Origin: Bacteroidales bacterium
GTDB lineage: Bacteria; Bacteroidota; Bacteroidia; Bacteroidales; F082
NCBI GenBank assembly: GCA_029933565.1
Contig: JAOZNY010000002.1
Coordinates: 1-41,969 of the forward strand
Length of the DNA stretch: 41,969 bases
Direction: 5' to 3'
Positions 8,813 through 17,705 of the stretch are shown here, in pieces. The notes beneath the pieces were generated by a model that was not told the origin of the DNA, did not search any database, and was given only the letters and a program-made list of their open reading frames with translations. The position numbers were made by a program, and so were the translations under genes. Position 1 is the first letter of the stretch. The number at the start of each line of letters is the position of its first letter.

Positions 8813-11587
8813 CTACTCCTCAAATCCAAATTCCTTACCCTTTTCAATAGCGGGAACTCCAGTCTTCATCCATCTAGGTTCGGGAGCATCTTTAAGGTAA
8901 AAATCAAAAAACTGTTGCATCCTAACTGTAAGGTCTTTCATGTCGGCACGACGTTTAAGGTTGTGGGGCGCACCATTGTAAACCAACATCCAAACGGGTT
9001 TGTCAAGTCTGCGCATGGCATTAAACATTTCAATTCCCTGATACCATGGCACTGCACCATCCTTATCGTTGTGCATCATCAAGAGTGGGGTATTTATTTT
9101 AGGAACAAAAAATAGGGGTGAGTTCAAAATATACAAATCCTGTTTTTCCCATAAGGTACCTCCAATACGACTTTGCGTTTCTTCATACTGAAAAGCACGG
9201 CTGCGTCCTGATCCCCAGCGAATTCCTCCATAAGCAGAAGTCATATTGCTAACAGGTGCACCTGCCATGGCTGCCTTATAAATATCAGTTTGTGTAATAA
9301 TGTAGGCTGTTTGGTAGCCTCCCCAACTCTGTCCCTGTATTCCAATATTATCTTTGTCGATAAAATCAAACTGCTCAATCATTGCCTCTGTACCACTAAC
9401 AATGCAATTGTAGGCACTTGGCCCGGGATAACCTATTTCGTACTTAATGTCAGGTATAAAAATCAAGTATTCGTTGCTGGTGTAGTAAGTAAAGTTGATT
9501 ACTGAACGGATAGGTGCCGGTACATAATGACGGTGTAGCCTGTCGGAAGACCTTTCGTAGAAATAAACCAGCATTGGGTATTTTTTAGTGGGGTCAAAGT
9601 TTTCAGGTTTGTAAAATATTCCCTGCATCTTTTCGCCTTTATAGGTTTTCCAATTCACAAGTTCAGCAGTCCCCCAGTTGAAATCATTTTGTTGAGGATT
9701 GGTTTCTGTAATCTTTTCTATGTTTTTAAAAGTTGTGGTTGAAACATAGAGTTCAGGGAAGTTGGTAAACGATTGCTTTCTCCAGACCAAAATATCATCA
9801 TCCTTTGCCTTTTTTGGCGAAGTAAACATCATGTCTTCCCAAATTAATTGATGAGGTTTCTTCGTTTTTTCCAGAAAGAAATATCCAGATTTTTTGGTTT
9901 TATAGTCAAATGCCGAAAGCAATATATTTTCAGCAATAAATTCTTCTTCCGGATCTAGTTTTACATATCGGAATTTAATATTGTTCCTTCTGCCAAAGCC
10001 ATTTGTTAAATTAATAGGTTTCCTTTTCCCTCTGGGATCAAACATCCACAAATCGTATTTATCGCAAACCACAAGTTGTTCTGTTGAAGTCCAATATGTC
10101 ATCCCGTAAGGGGAGGCTTCGTTGGGAACATCATTTAATTCATTATAAAAATTTACTTTCAGTTGGGCAGAAACATTTTGACTACTTTCTTTTTCAATAT
10201 CATAAACATTCCAACTACTATCGGCAATATTATACCAGGCAACAAAATTTTGATAAGGTGAGAAACTAATGCTTGAAGCTGTTTTTTCAAGAATTAGTTT
10301 GCGTTCGCCATTTGTCCTGTCAATTAAGTAGTAATCGCTATACCAACTTCCATCCCAGGAAGTTTCCTTTTGATATTCTTTATGGCTGTACGCCAGACTA
10401 TAGTTGCTTGTGGCTTTTTTGTTGATTATAACATTTCGCAGATTGCTATCGGCCAGATTAATAACTTTTTTGGAATCAGGAAAATAAACTGAAAGATAAT
10501 TCCTCTTTTTCTCTTTTTTAAGTTCCTTAAGTTGCTGGGGCTGAAGAAGTGGATCTTTCCAGTTCCAAATATCAATGCTTACTTTTTCGTCAGCGGTGAG
10601 TGTGTCTTTTAATTCAGGTTTTGGCTTCTTTCTAATTCCAAAATAAAGTTCCGAACCCGATTCTTTAAAAAAGATCTTTCTATCAGTACTAACACTCATT
10701 CCCTTGGGTAAATTATTGAGAGTATCACCGGAGATATTATTAAGTCCACTTCTATTTATATTTTTGTAAAACAACCCATAGACTTTATTCTTTTTAGCAG
10801 TGTCAGATGAAAAAGTAAATGCAAACTGTTCGCCAAAATTATCAACTGCAATGTTCTCAGAGTGCCCCTCACTTGAGAATATTAGTTTGGTCTTTAGTAG
10901 TTGAGTATTGAATGTGTTTACAAAAACAGAATCGATGCTATCTTGTTTAATTTGGATAAAAGCAATGGCTTTGCCGTTTTCTGAGATGCTGTACTTTTTT
11001 ACACACTCATACCTATGAGAGTAGTTTGTTGCAGGGTTTAGTATTATTAAATTATCACCCTTGTTTTTTTCCTTTGCTTTTATTGTGTCTTGTCTTGCTG
11101 TTGAGTCTTTTTCCTTTTCGTATTCAAGTAGCAAGGCAATAAAATCAGAATTTTCTTTTGCTATCTTAAAACTTTTAAGTCTATTATACTTTGAAATCTC
11201 GCCCGTGTTTAAATTCAAAATACCAACAGAATCTTTTGGTAACTTGTCCTTTTTTACTTTTTTTAATTTTGCAGTTCTTAGAGTATCAAACTGAGGTTTT
11301 ATTTTAAAAACCAGAAAGTTAGAGTTGGGCAAAAACTTTGCCCCATAGCCTCTTTCTATTGAGTCTTTTATTTTGGTTTTGAGATTTTCAACATATAAAA
11401 ATCTATCGCCTTCCTGAGGTGAAATCACGTAACAAAGAAACTTGCCATTGTTAGAAATTTTATATTCTGTAATCGATTTCCATTTGGCGTAATCCTCATG
11501 TGTAAGAGGTTTCTTTCCATCAGCCAATGCTGTTTTAATTGTAATTATGGCAAACAGCATCAATAGGAAGTATTTTCCTTTTTCCAT
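8813..11587 (-). CDS. S9 family serine peptidase (prolyl oligopeptidase/acylaminoacyl-peptidase type) with a long N-terminal propeller region
   Basis: GxSxGG nucleophile elbow (GQSWGGY), C-terminal HNDKDGAV and GAPHNL consistent with the Asp and His of the triad, and a signal peptide. 924 aa. Confidence 0.85.
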   Translation of the reverse strand: MEKGKYFLLMLFAIITIKTALADGKKPLTHEDYAKWKSITEYKISNNGKFLCYVISPQEGDRFLYVENLKTKIKDSIERGYGAKFLPNSNFLVFKIKPQFDTLRTAKLKKVKKDKLPKDSVGILNLNTGEISKYNRLKSFKIAKENSDFIALLLEYEKEKDSTARQDTIKAKEKNKGDNLIILNPATNYSHRYECVKKYSISENGKAIAFIQIKQDSIDSVFVNTFNTQLLKTKLIFSSEGHSENIAVDNFGEQFAFTFSSDTAKKNKVYGLFYKNINRSGLNNISGDTLNNLPKGMSVSTDRKIFFKESGSELYFGIRKKPKPELKDTLTADEKVSIDIWNWKDPLLQPQQLKELKKEKKRNYLSVYFPDSKKVINLADSNLRNVIINKKATSNYSLAYSHKEYQKETSWDGSWYSDYYLIDRTNGERKLILEKTASSISFSPYQNFVAWYNIADSSWNVYDIEKESSQNVSAQLKVNFYNELNDVPNEASPYGMTYWTSTEQLVVCDKYDLWMFDPRGKRKPINLTNGFGRRNNIKFRYVKLDPEEEFIAENILLSAFDYKTKKSGYFFLEKTKKPHQLIWEDMMFTSPKKAKDDDILVWRKQSFTNFPELYVSTTTFKNIEKITETNPQQNDFNWGTAELVNWKTYKGEKMQGIFYKPENFDPTKKYPMLVYFYERSSDRLHRHYVPAPIRSVINFTYYTSNEYLIFIPDIKYEIGYPGPSAYNCIVSGTEAMIEQFDFIDKDNIGIQGQSWGGYQTAYIITQTDIYKAAMAGAPVSNMTSAYGGIRWGSGRSRAFQYEETQSRIGGTLWEKQDLYILNSPLFFVPKINTPLLMMHNDKDGAVPWYQGIEMFNAMRRLDKPVWMLVYNGAPHNLKRRADMKDLTVRMQQFFDFYLKDAPEPRWMKTGVPAIEKGKEFGFEE

Positions 11588-11625
11588 TATTGAATTAGTT
11601 AGGTGCTTATTGTTGTTATTTTTGT

Positions 11626-11633
11626 CAAAAGTA
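11626..11633 (-). promoter_or_regulatory. Candidate -7 box (TACTTTTG) for the S9 peptidase
   Basis: TAnnTTTG on the minus strand, 39 nt upstream of the ATG at 11587. Confidence 0.4.
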
Positions 11634-11807
11634 GTACATTTTCTTACAAAACTTGCTATAAAAAATTTATCTGTTATTGTTTAATTAAAATTTCCTCAAT
11701 CGTTATAGATAGAAGAATAGGCTCAGTAGGTTTGGCAAGGTATTCCAATTTGGATATTAAATTATCATTAATTTTTTTTGTTAAGCTGATTATCACTATT
11801 TTGCAGT

Positions 11808-11815
11808 TAGATTTG
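11808..11815 (+). promoter_or_regulatory. Candidate -7 box (TAGATTTG) for the glycogen debranching gene
   Basis: TAnnTTTG on the + strand, 45 nt upstream of the ATG at 11860, in a divergent intergenic region. Confidence 0.4.
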
Positions 11816-11859
11816 CAATTTAGTTCACCAGACTATTAATTTGACTTAACACACATAAA

Positions 11860-13806
11860 ATGAGTTATATAGACTTTGAGAAAAAGCAACTTATCAACCT
11901 AAAGTACTCTCTCGATAGAGAATTGTTGAGGACAAATAGGGTTGGAGGTTACGCAAGTTCCACAATAATTAATACTAATACGAGAAAATACCATGGGCTT
12001 TTGGTTGTGCCCCAACCTTTGATTGATGATTTAAACCACGTGCTTTTATCAACGGTTGACGAAACTTTAACTGTTAATGATTTCGATTTTCATTTGAGTA
12101 TGCGTATGTACCCCAATGGGAATTACGATCCCAAAGGCCATAAATATATTAGGGATTTCAAATCAGACCCAAATCCGAAATTAGTTTACAGGCTAGGACA
12201 AACTATATTTACAAGAGAATCTATTTTTGCAGAAAATGAAAACAGAATACTTATCAGGTACACACTTGAAGATAGTCTGGCTGAGAGTGTTACCCTAAAG
12301 TTAAAACCATTTTTGGCTTATCGTAATGTGCATTCCCTATCAAAGGCAAATACCTGGGTGGAGAGTAAATATACTTCAGTGGCCAATGGTGCAAGCTGGC
12401 AAATGTATCGGGGCTATTCAAAAGTGTTTATGCAATGTTCCAAAAATGCAAAATATACACATGTTCCCGATTGGTACTATAATATCGAGTATTTAAGGGA
12501 AGCCGAGAGAGGTTATGAATGCAAGGAGGACTTATTTGTACCGGGTGCTTTTGAGGTAAATATTAAAAAAGGCGAATCGGTTGTTATCTCGGTAGGGCTT
12601 GAAGAAAAAACACCTTCTACATTTAAAAGGCAGTTTACTGCTGAGATTAAAAAAAGGACTTCGCGCGATAATTTTGAAAATTGCCTTCTAAATGCTGCCG
12701 ATGAGTTTTTTGTTACTTTCAATAAGAATAAGGAAATAATAGCAGGCTATCCGTGGTTTGGGAGATGGGGTCGCGATACTTTCATTTCATTGCCGGGACT
12801 TGCACTTAGTCGTGGCGATGTTAAGTCTTTTAAGGCTGTAATGAAAACAATGTTGTCAGAACTAAAAGATGGTCTCTTTCCCAATGTTGGACATGGTAAA
12901 CAGTTAGCCTTTAATTCTGCCGATGCTTCACTTTGGTTTTTCTGGGCAATTCAAAATTATGCTGAAGGCCTGAAAAACAAAGCCCCGATTTGGAAAGAAT
13001 ATGGCAAAGCCATGAAGCAAATTCTAAGGAGCTATAAAAAAGGCACACTTTATAAGATTAAGATGCACGACAATGGTCTGGTTTGGCAAGGTGAGCAGGG
13101 TAAAGCCCTTACATGGATGGATGCAATTGTTCATGGCAAACCTGTTACACCACGAACCGGTTACGCCGTGGAAATAAATGCTCTTTGGTATAACGCAATT
13201 AAGTTTAGCCTCGAAATTGCAGATTTAGCTGGTGATAAAACTTTTGTTAAAGAGTGGGCAAAATGGCCTCAAATTATAGAAGATTCTTTTGTGAATATTT
13301 TCTGGGATTCGGATAAAAGGTATTTAGCCGATTTTGTAAATGGTGATTATAAAAACTGGGATGTCAGACCAAATATGATTTTTGCAGTTTCGTTGCCTTA
13401 CAGCCCAATAAGCGAAAATAAACAACATGGGGTTTTAGATGTAGTTCAGGCCGAATTACTTACGTCACGAGGATTAAGAACTTTGTCTCCAAAAAATGAT
13501 GCTTACAATGGTTCCTATTCAGGAGATCAAAGTAGTCGCGATCTGTCTTATCATCAAGGAGTTGTTTGGCCGTGGCTTTTGGGTGCTTTTGCTGATGCTT
13601 ACATAAAATTGCAGGGTGAGAGTGGTAAATCGTTGATAGAAAATCTTTATAAAGGATTTGAAAAAGAAATGAATAAAGATGGTATAGGCACAATTTCTGA
13701 AATTTACGAAGGTGATCCACCATTTCATGGTAAGGGTGGTATTTCGCAAGCGTGGAGTGTTGCAGAATTGCTCAGGATTAATAAAATGATAAAAGCAAAA
13801 AAATAG
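11860..13806 (+). CDS. Glycogen debranching enzyme, amylo-alpha-1,6-glucosidase family (GDE N-terminal plus GDE_C/GH133-like)
   Basis: The signature GYPWFGRWGRDTFISLPGL and a C-terminal (alpha/alpha)6-type region (..HQGVVWPWLLGAF..ISQAWSVAELLR). 648 aa. Confidence 0.85.
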   Translation: MSYIDFEKKQLINLKYSLDRELLRTNRVGGYASSTIINTNTRKYHGLLVVPQPLIDDLNHVLLSTVDETLTVNDFDFHLSMRMYPNGNYDPKGHKYIRDFKSDPNPKLVYRLGQTIFTRESIFAENENRILIRYTLEDSLAESVTLKLKPFLAYRNVHSLSKANTWVESKYTSVANGASWQMYRGYSKVFMQCSKNAKYTHVPDWYYNIEYLREAERGYECKEDLFVPGAFEVNIKKGESVVISVGLEEKTPSTFKRQFTAEIKKRTSRDNFENCLLNAADEFFVTFNKNKEIIAGYPWFGRWGRDTFISLPGLALSRGDVKSFKAVMKTMLSELKDGLFPNVGHGKQLAFNSADASLWFFWAIQNYAEGLKNKAPIWKEYGKAMKQILRSYKKGTLYKIKMHDNGLVWQGEQGKALTWMDAIVHGKPVTPRTGYAVEINALWYNAIKFSLEIADLAGDKTFVKEWAKWPQIIEDSFVNIFWDSDKRYLADFVNGDYKNWDVRPNMIFAVSLPYSPISENKQHGVLDVVQAELLTSRGLRTLSPKNDAYNGSYSGDQSSRDLSYHQGVVWPWLLGAFADAYIKLQGESGKSLIENLYKGFEKEMNKDGIGTISEIYEGDPPFHGKGGISQAWSVAELLRINKMIKAKK

Positions 13807-13813
13807 AGGGAAT

Positions 13814-15094
13814 ATGAGAATACTAATGTTCGGTTGGGAGTTTCCCCCACATATAACAGGTGGCCTTGGAACAGCATGTTTTGGGCTTACCAAAGGCCTT
13901 GCTAAGCACAATGTTGAAATGTTGTTTGTAGTACCTAAAGCATATGGCGATGAAGATGAACAAGCTGTAAGGATAGTCAATGCAAGCGATCTTACATTCG
14001 ATCTTAAGGATGAGGAATACAAAGAGTTTTGGTCGCGTGTAAAATATATGGAGATTGGTTCCAGCATAATTCCTTATGTCGATCCTGTAGAATTTACAAA
14101 GGTGATGGAAGATAAAAAGAAAACAGGAGAAGAATACACTAGCAATGTTTTTTCTAAGAACTATAAGTTTTCGGGAAAATACGGTACCAACCTCATGGAA
14201 GAAGTTGCTCGCTATGCATTAATTGGTTCCGGTATTGCTGCCAAAGAAGATCATGATCTTATTCACGCACACGATTGGCTGACTTATCCTGCCGGGATTG
14301 CTGCCAAAAAAGCATCGGGCAAACCGCTAGTGGTTCACATGCACGCAACAGAGTTTGATAGAACAGGAGGTAATGTAAACCAGGTTGTTTACGATATGGA
14401 ACGTGAAGGTATGGAAGCCGCCGACCGTGTGATAACTGTTAGCAACCTAACTCGCAAAATTGTAATTGAAAAATATGGCATTGATCCAGGTAAAGTTATA
14501 ACGGTTCATAATGCTGTTGACCAGGATGTGGTTGGTGAGATTGCAGAGATGAAAAAGAGAATGAAAGAAAAGGTAGTAACTTTTCTTGGTAGGGTTACCT
14601 TTCAAAAAGGTCCTGAATATTTCATTGAGGCAGCTTATAAAATTTTACAAAAAGATAATAATGTGCGTTTTGTTATGGCCGGATCAGGCGATATGCTTAA
14701 TAAAATGATCGAAAGGGTTGCTCATCTGCGAATAGCAGACAAATTTCACTTTACAGGATTTTTGAAAGGTGATGATGTTACAAATATGTTTGCTTTGAGC
14801 GATGTATTTGTAATGCCTTCAGTTTCGGAGCCATTTGGAATTGTTCCACTTGAAGCCATGAGGTCGAACGTGCCGGTGGTTATTTCTAAGCAATCTGGCG
14901 TAGCCGAAATATTGAATCATGCACTTAAAATTGATTTCTGGGATGTGGATGCCATGGCCGATTCAATTTATGGACTTTGCCATTATAAAGGTCTTTCAGA
15001 TATGTTTAAAACACATGGTAAAATTGAAGTTGAAAACCTAAAATGGGAAAATGCAGCTTTAAAAGTAAAACATGTTTATGAAAGCGTACTTTAA
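13814..15094 (+). CDS. GT4 (group 1) glycosyltransferase, probable glycogen/alpha-glucan synthase
   Basis: N-terminal GGLG motif (FPPHITGGLGTA), HAHDW, and a C-terminal E-x7-E-type region (PSVSEPFGIVPLEAM). It starts 7 nt after the debranching gene stop. Confidence 0.8.
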   Translation: MRILMFGWEFPPHITGGLGTACFGLTKGLAKHNVEMLFVVPKAYGDEDEQAVRIVNASDLTFDLKDEEYKEFWSRVKYMEIGSSIIPYVDPVEFTKVMEDKKKTGEEYTSNVFSKNYKFSGKYGTNLMEEVARYALIGSGIAAKEDHDLIHAHDWLTYPAGIAAKKASGKPLVVHMHATEFDRTGGNVNQVVYDMEREGMEAADRVITVSNLTRKIVIEKYGIDPGKVITVHNAVDQDVVGEIAEMKKRMKEKVVTFLGRVTFQKGPEYFIEAAYKILQKDNNVRFVMAGSGDMLNKMIERVAHLRIADKFHFTGFLKGDDVTNMFALSDVFVMPSVSEPFGIVPLEAMRSNVPVVISKQSGVAEILNHALKIDFWDVDAMADSIYGLCHYKGLSDMFKTHGKIEVENLKWENAALKVKHVYESVL

Positions 15095-15141
15095 AAAAAT
15101 TATCAGTTTATCGGGTTGTCAAGTTTCAAACTAATACAGTT

Positions 15142-15183
15142 AACAACGACAACAACGATAACAACGACAACAACGATAACAAT
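15142..15183. repeat. Perfect tandem 18-mer x2 (AACAACGACAACAACGAT) plus a partial unit, with an underlying 9-mer AACAACGAY
   Basis: 15142-15159 equals 15160-15177 exactly, followed by aacaat. The upstream segment 15101-15120 (tatcagtttatcgggttgtc) is partly complementary (gttgtc/gacaac, tatcg/cgata), giving a hairpin between the GT4 stop and the GH57 start. Confidence 0.85.
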
Positions 15184-15197
15184 ATAATACATAAAAT

Positions 15198-16775
15198 ATG
15201 AGGTCAATTTGTTTTTATTTTCAGGTACATCAGCCATATAGGTTGAGGAATTATAGATTTTTCGATATTGCTGACAAACACGATTATTTCGACGAATATA
15301 ATAACAGTTTTATTATGAGGAAGGTAGCAAGGAAAAGTTATCTTCCCATGAACCAATTACTATTGGAACTGATAAATGAGTATGGATCTGCTTTTAAGGT
15401 TAGTTTCTCTATTTCCGGAACTGCTCTCGATCAGTTTGAGCAGTACGCACCCGACGTACTTGAGAGTTTTAAGCGTTTGGCTGAAACGGGAAATGTTGAG
15501 TTTTTAGCAGAAACTCAGGCCCATTCTCTTGCTGCCTTGAAGAGCAAAACAGAGTTTCAGCGTCAGGTTAAAATGCATACAGATACCATTGAAAGACATT
15601 TTGGTAAGAAGCCTACAACATTTAGGAATACCGAGTTGATTTATTCGGATAGGATAGGTGAAATGGTTGCAGATATGGGTTATAAACTTATGCTAACCGA
15701 GGGTGCTAAGCATATTCTTGGCTGGAGAAGCCCTAACTTTATGTATGCTAATTCAATTCGTCCCGAATTAAAACTCTTGCTTAAGAATTATCGACTTAGC
15801 GATGATATTGCTTTCCGCTTTTCAAAGCAGGATTGGGAAGGCTTTCCGCTTACAACTGATAAGTTTGTTGACTGGTTAAATCAGGCTGATGCAAATGAAG
15901 AGGTGATAAACTTATTCATGGACTATGAAACTTTTGGAGAGCACCAGTGGGAAGAAACCGGAATATTTGATTTTATGCGCGCTTTGCCAGGAAGAGTATT
16001 CTCGCATTCCAACTTTGGTTTTGCTACTCCCAGTGAACTTGCTGAGAAGTTGCAGCCTGTTGCACCTATTCATGTGCCAACTGAAATTTCGTGGGCCGAT
16101 GAAGAACGCGACCTTACCGCCTGGCTTGGCAACGACCTTCAGGATGAGGCTTTCGACAAACTTTATGCATTGAAAGATAAAGTACAACAATGCGAAGATC
16201 CTCAGATTTGGAAAGACTGGCTCTATTTGCAGACTTCCGACCATTTTTATTATATGTGTACCAAGTGGTTTTCTGATGGTGATGTGCATAAATATTTTAA
16301 CCCCTACGGAACACCCTACGATGCTTTTATTAACTATATGAATGTTCTTTCCGATTTTATTATCCGAGTGGAGGAAAATACAAAACTTGGAAAAGGCGAT
16401 TTTGTAGAAATGAAAGATGCTGCTAGTGAATTGGCTGAAAAGGCTGAAAAAGTTGTAAAAAAGGCTGCCAGACAGGCTAGTAAAAAAGTAAAGAAATCTT
16501 TTGAAAAGGGTAAGGATATCAAATTTGATGATATTAAAGATATGTCGAATGCATCAGTCAAAAAACTTTTGAAAGATGTAGATGTTGAGCAGCTTACAAT
16601 TGCTTTAAAAGATGCAGAAAAAGAACTGACGGAAAAGGTTATCCCTAATCTGAGTGCTAAAGCCAAAAAGAAATTCGATGAGATGAATACCGAAATGAAG
16701 ATCAAAAAATCGGATATCAAAAAGTACCAGAAAAATATTGAGGATAAATTAAAAGATATTTTTGGAAAGAAATAA
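15198..16775 (+). CDS. GH57 family alpha-glucan-active enzyme (amylase/branching-type) with a C-terminal Lys-rich linker and a FliG-C-like domain
   Basis: GH57 region I signature FQVHQPYR near the N-terminus, later EFLAETQAHS and DYETFGEHQWE. The last ~85 aa match the FliG C-terminal domain pattern (see finding). Confidence 0.85.
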   Translation: MRSICFYFQVHQPYRLRNYRFFDIADKHDYFDEYNNSFIMRKVARKSYLPMNQLLLELINEYGSAFKVSFSISGTALDQFEQYAPDVLESFKRLAETGNVEFLAETQAHSLAALKSKTEFQRQVKMHTDTIERHFGKKPTTFRNTELIYSDRIGEMVADMGYKLMLTEGAKHILGWRSPNFMYANSIRPELKLLLKNYRLSDDIAFRFSKQDWEGFPLTTDKFVDWLNQADANEEVINLFMDYETFGEHQWEETGIFDFMRALPGRVFSHSNFGFATPSELAEKLQPVAPIHVPTEISWADEERDLTAWLGNDLQDEAFDKLYALKDKVQQCEDPQIWKDWLYLQTSDHFYYMCTKWFSDGDVHKYFNPYGTPYDAFINYMNVLSDFIIRVEENTKLGKGDFVEMKDAASELAEKAEKVVKKAARQASKKVKKSFEKGKDIKFDDIKDMSNASVKKLLKDVDVEQLTIALKDAEKELTEKVIPNLSAKAKKKFDEMNTEMKIKKSDIKKYQKNIEDKLKDIFGKK

Positions 16776-16820
16776 GATAGCTCTTCAAAAAGCATTTTTT
16801 TTGGGTTCACGCAACGACGC

Positions 16821-16858
16821 AAAGGCGCAACGAAAAATAATAAAATCGTTGCGCCTTT
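16821..16858 (+). terminator. GC-rich hairpin after the GH57 gene
   Basis: aaaggcgcaacg (16821-16832) pairs with cgttgcgccttt (16847-16858), a 12-bp perfect stem with a 14-nt A-rich loop. It is preceded by a direct repeat cgcaacga/cgcaacga. It starts 46 nt after the stop at 16775. Confidence 0.6.
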
Positions 16859-16887
16859 ACTTAAAGTTTTTCAAAACCAAAATATAG

Positions 16888-17391
16888 ATGTCAGCATCGA
16901 AGCAACCAAAAATAGCACTCAAACCTGAACTGACAGATAAACTGCTGGATTTTGTTTTACTCTTTTCGTTGGTAGTAATTGCAGTTGTTACTATTATTGG
17001 TTTTGTAATTCTTCCCATTGAAGTTCCGTTTAAATTTGATGGTAGCGGGAATGTAATTTCCTATGGGAGTAAGTTTGTTTTGCTGATAAATCCTGTTTTA
17101 GCCTTTATTCTGGCATTTACTTTAAGATGGTTGATTAACTATCCCCACATATTTAATTATTCCTACAAAATAACAAAACAAAATATAGAGGCTCAATATC
17201 GCCTGGCCCAAAGGCTGATAATGGCTATAAACATAGTTGAAACTTGGTTGTTTGCCTACCTTGCAATTGTCGGCTTGATTTCGGCTAAGCAACTACACTC
17301 TGTTTCCGATATGAAAATTGCTGCTGGGTTTGTTGTGTTGATTTTCGTGCTTATTGGTTTTTATTTTAAGAGGGCTAAGGCTTTGAGATAA
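16888..17391 (+). CDS. Small integral membrane protein (DUF1648-like, tentative)
   Basis: Four hydrophobic helices with a short soluble loop (FKFDGSGNVISYGSK) after the first helix, as in DUF1648/SdpI-type proteins. The family assignment is by recollection only. Confidence 0.55.
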   Translation: MSASKQPKIALKPELTDKLLDFVLLFSLVVIAVVTIIGFVILPIEVPFKFDGSGNVISYGSKFVLLINPVLAFILAFTLRWLINYPHIFNYSYKITKQNIEAQYRLAQRLIMAINIVETWLFAYLAIVGLISAKQLHSVSDMKIAAGFVVLIFVLIGFYFKRAKALR

Positions 17392-17408
17392 TATAAACTT
17401 TAATTACC

Positions 17409-17416
17409 TATATTTG
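17409..17416 (+). promoter_or_regulatory. Candidate -7 box (TATATTTG) for the antitoxin gene
   Basis: TAnnTTTG on the + strand, 62 nt upstream of the ATG at 17478. Confidence 0.35.
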
Positions 17417-17477
17417 TATTATTAAGAATACGTGATTTAAAAACATAGAAGGCATATTTATAATAAAACACAATATT

Positions 17478-17705
17478 ATGAACTTGCAATATTTACACGA
17501 TATATCGGGCAACACAACAGGTGTATTTATTCCAATAAAAGCATGGAACAAATTAAAAGAAAAATACCACGATATTGAAGACAGTACGGATTTGCATCAG
17601 TGGCAAAAAGAAATTGTTGATGAACGGTTAGAGATGATTGCCAAAGGTAATGAAAAATTTCAGGACTTTGAAACTGTTATTGATGAAATCGAAAAAGATT
17701 TATAA
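17478..17705 (+). CDS. Addiction-module antitoxin component (TIGR02574-like, partner of RelE/ParE toxins)
   Basis: 75 aa. The C-terminal half (QWQKEIVDERLEMIAKGNEKFQDFETVIDEIEKDL) fits the putative addiction module component pattern. It overlaps the following toxin-like frame by 23 nt. Confidence 0.65.
   Translation: MNLQYLHDISGNTTGVFIPIKAWNKLKEKYHDIEDSTDLHQWQKEIVDERLEMIAKGNEKFQDFETVIDEIEKDL

Noticed and set aside
11603-11839. 78-aa + strand ORF in the divergent S9/GDE promoter region
   Set aside because: AT-rich and hydrophobic low-complexity translation. It overlaps both candidate -7 boxes and shows no similarity to anything I recognise.
13519-14067. 182-aa ORF antisense to the debranching/GT4 gene junction
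   Set aside because: It lies entirely opposite two strongly supported genes and has a low-complexity, Ser/Leu/Ile-rich translation, typical of an antisense shadow ORF. The same reasoning applies to 12513-12722, 13460-13723, 15912-16289, 16334-16822, 21085-21450, 21679-21999, 27828-28187, 33590-34048, 34085-34417, 35278-35574, 37974-38303 and 38376-38633.
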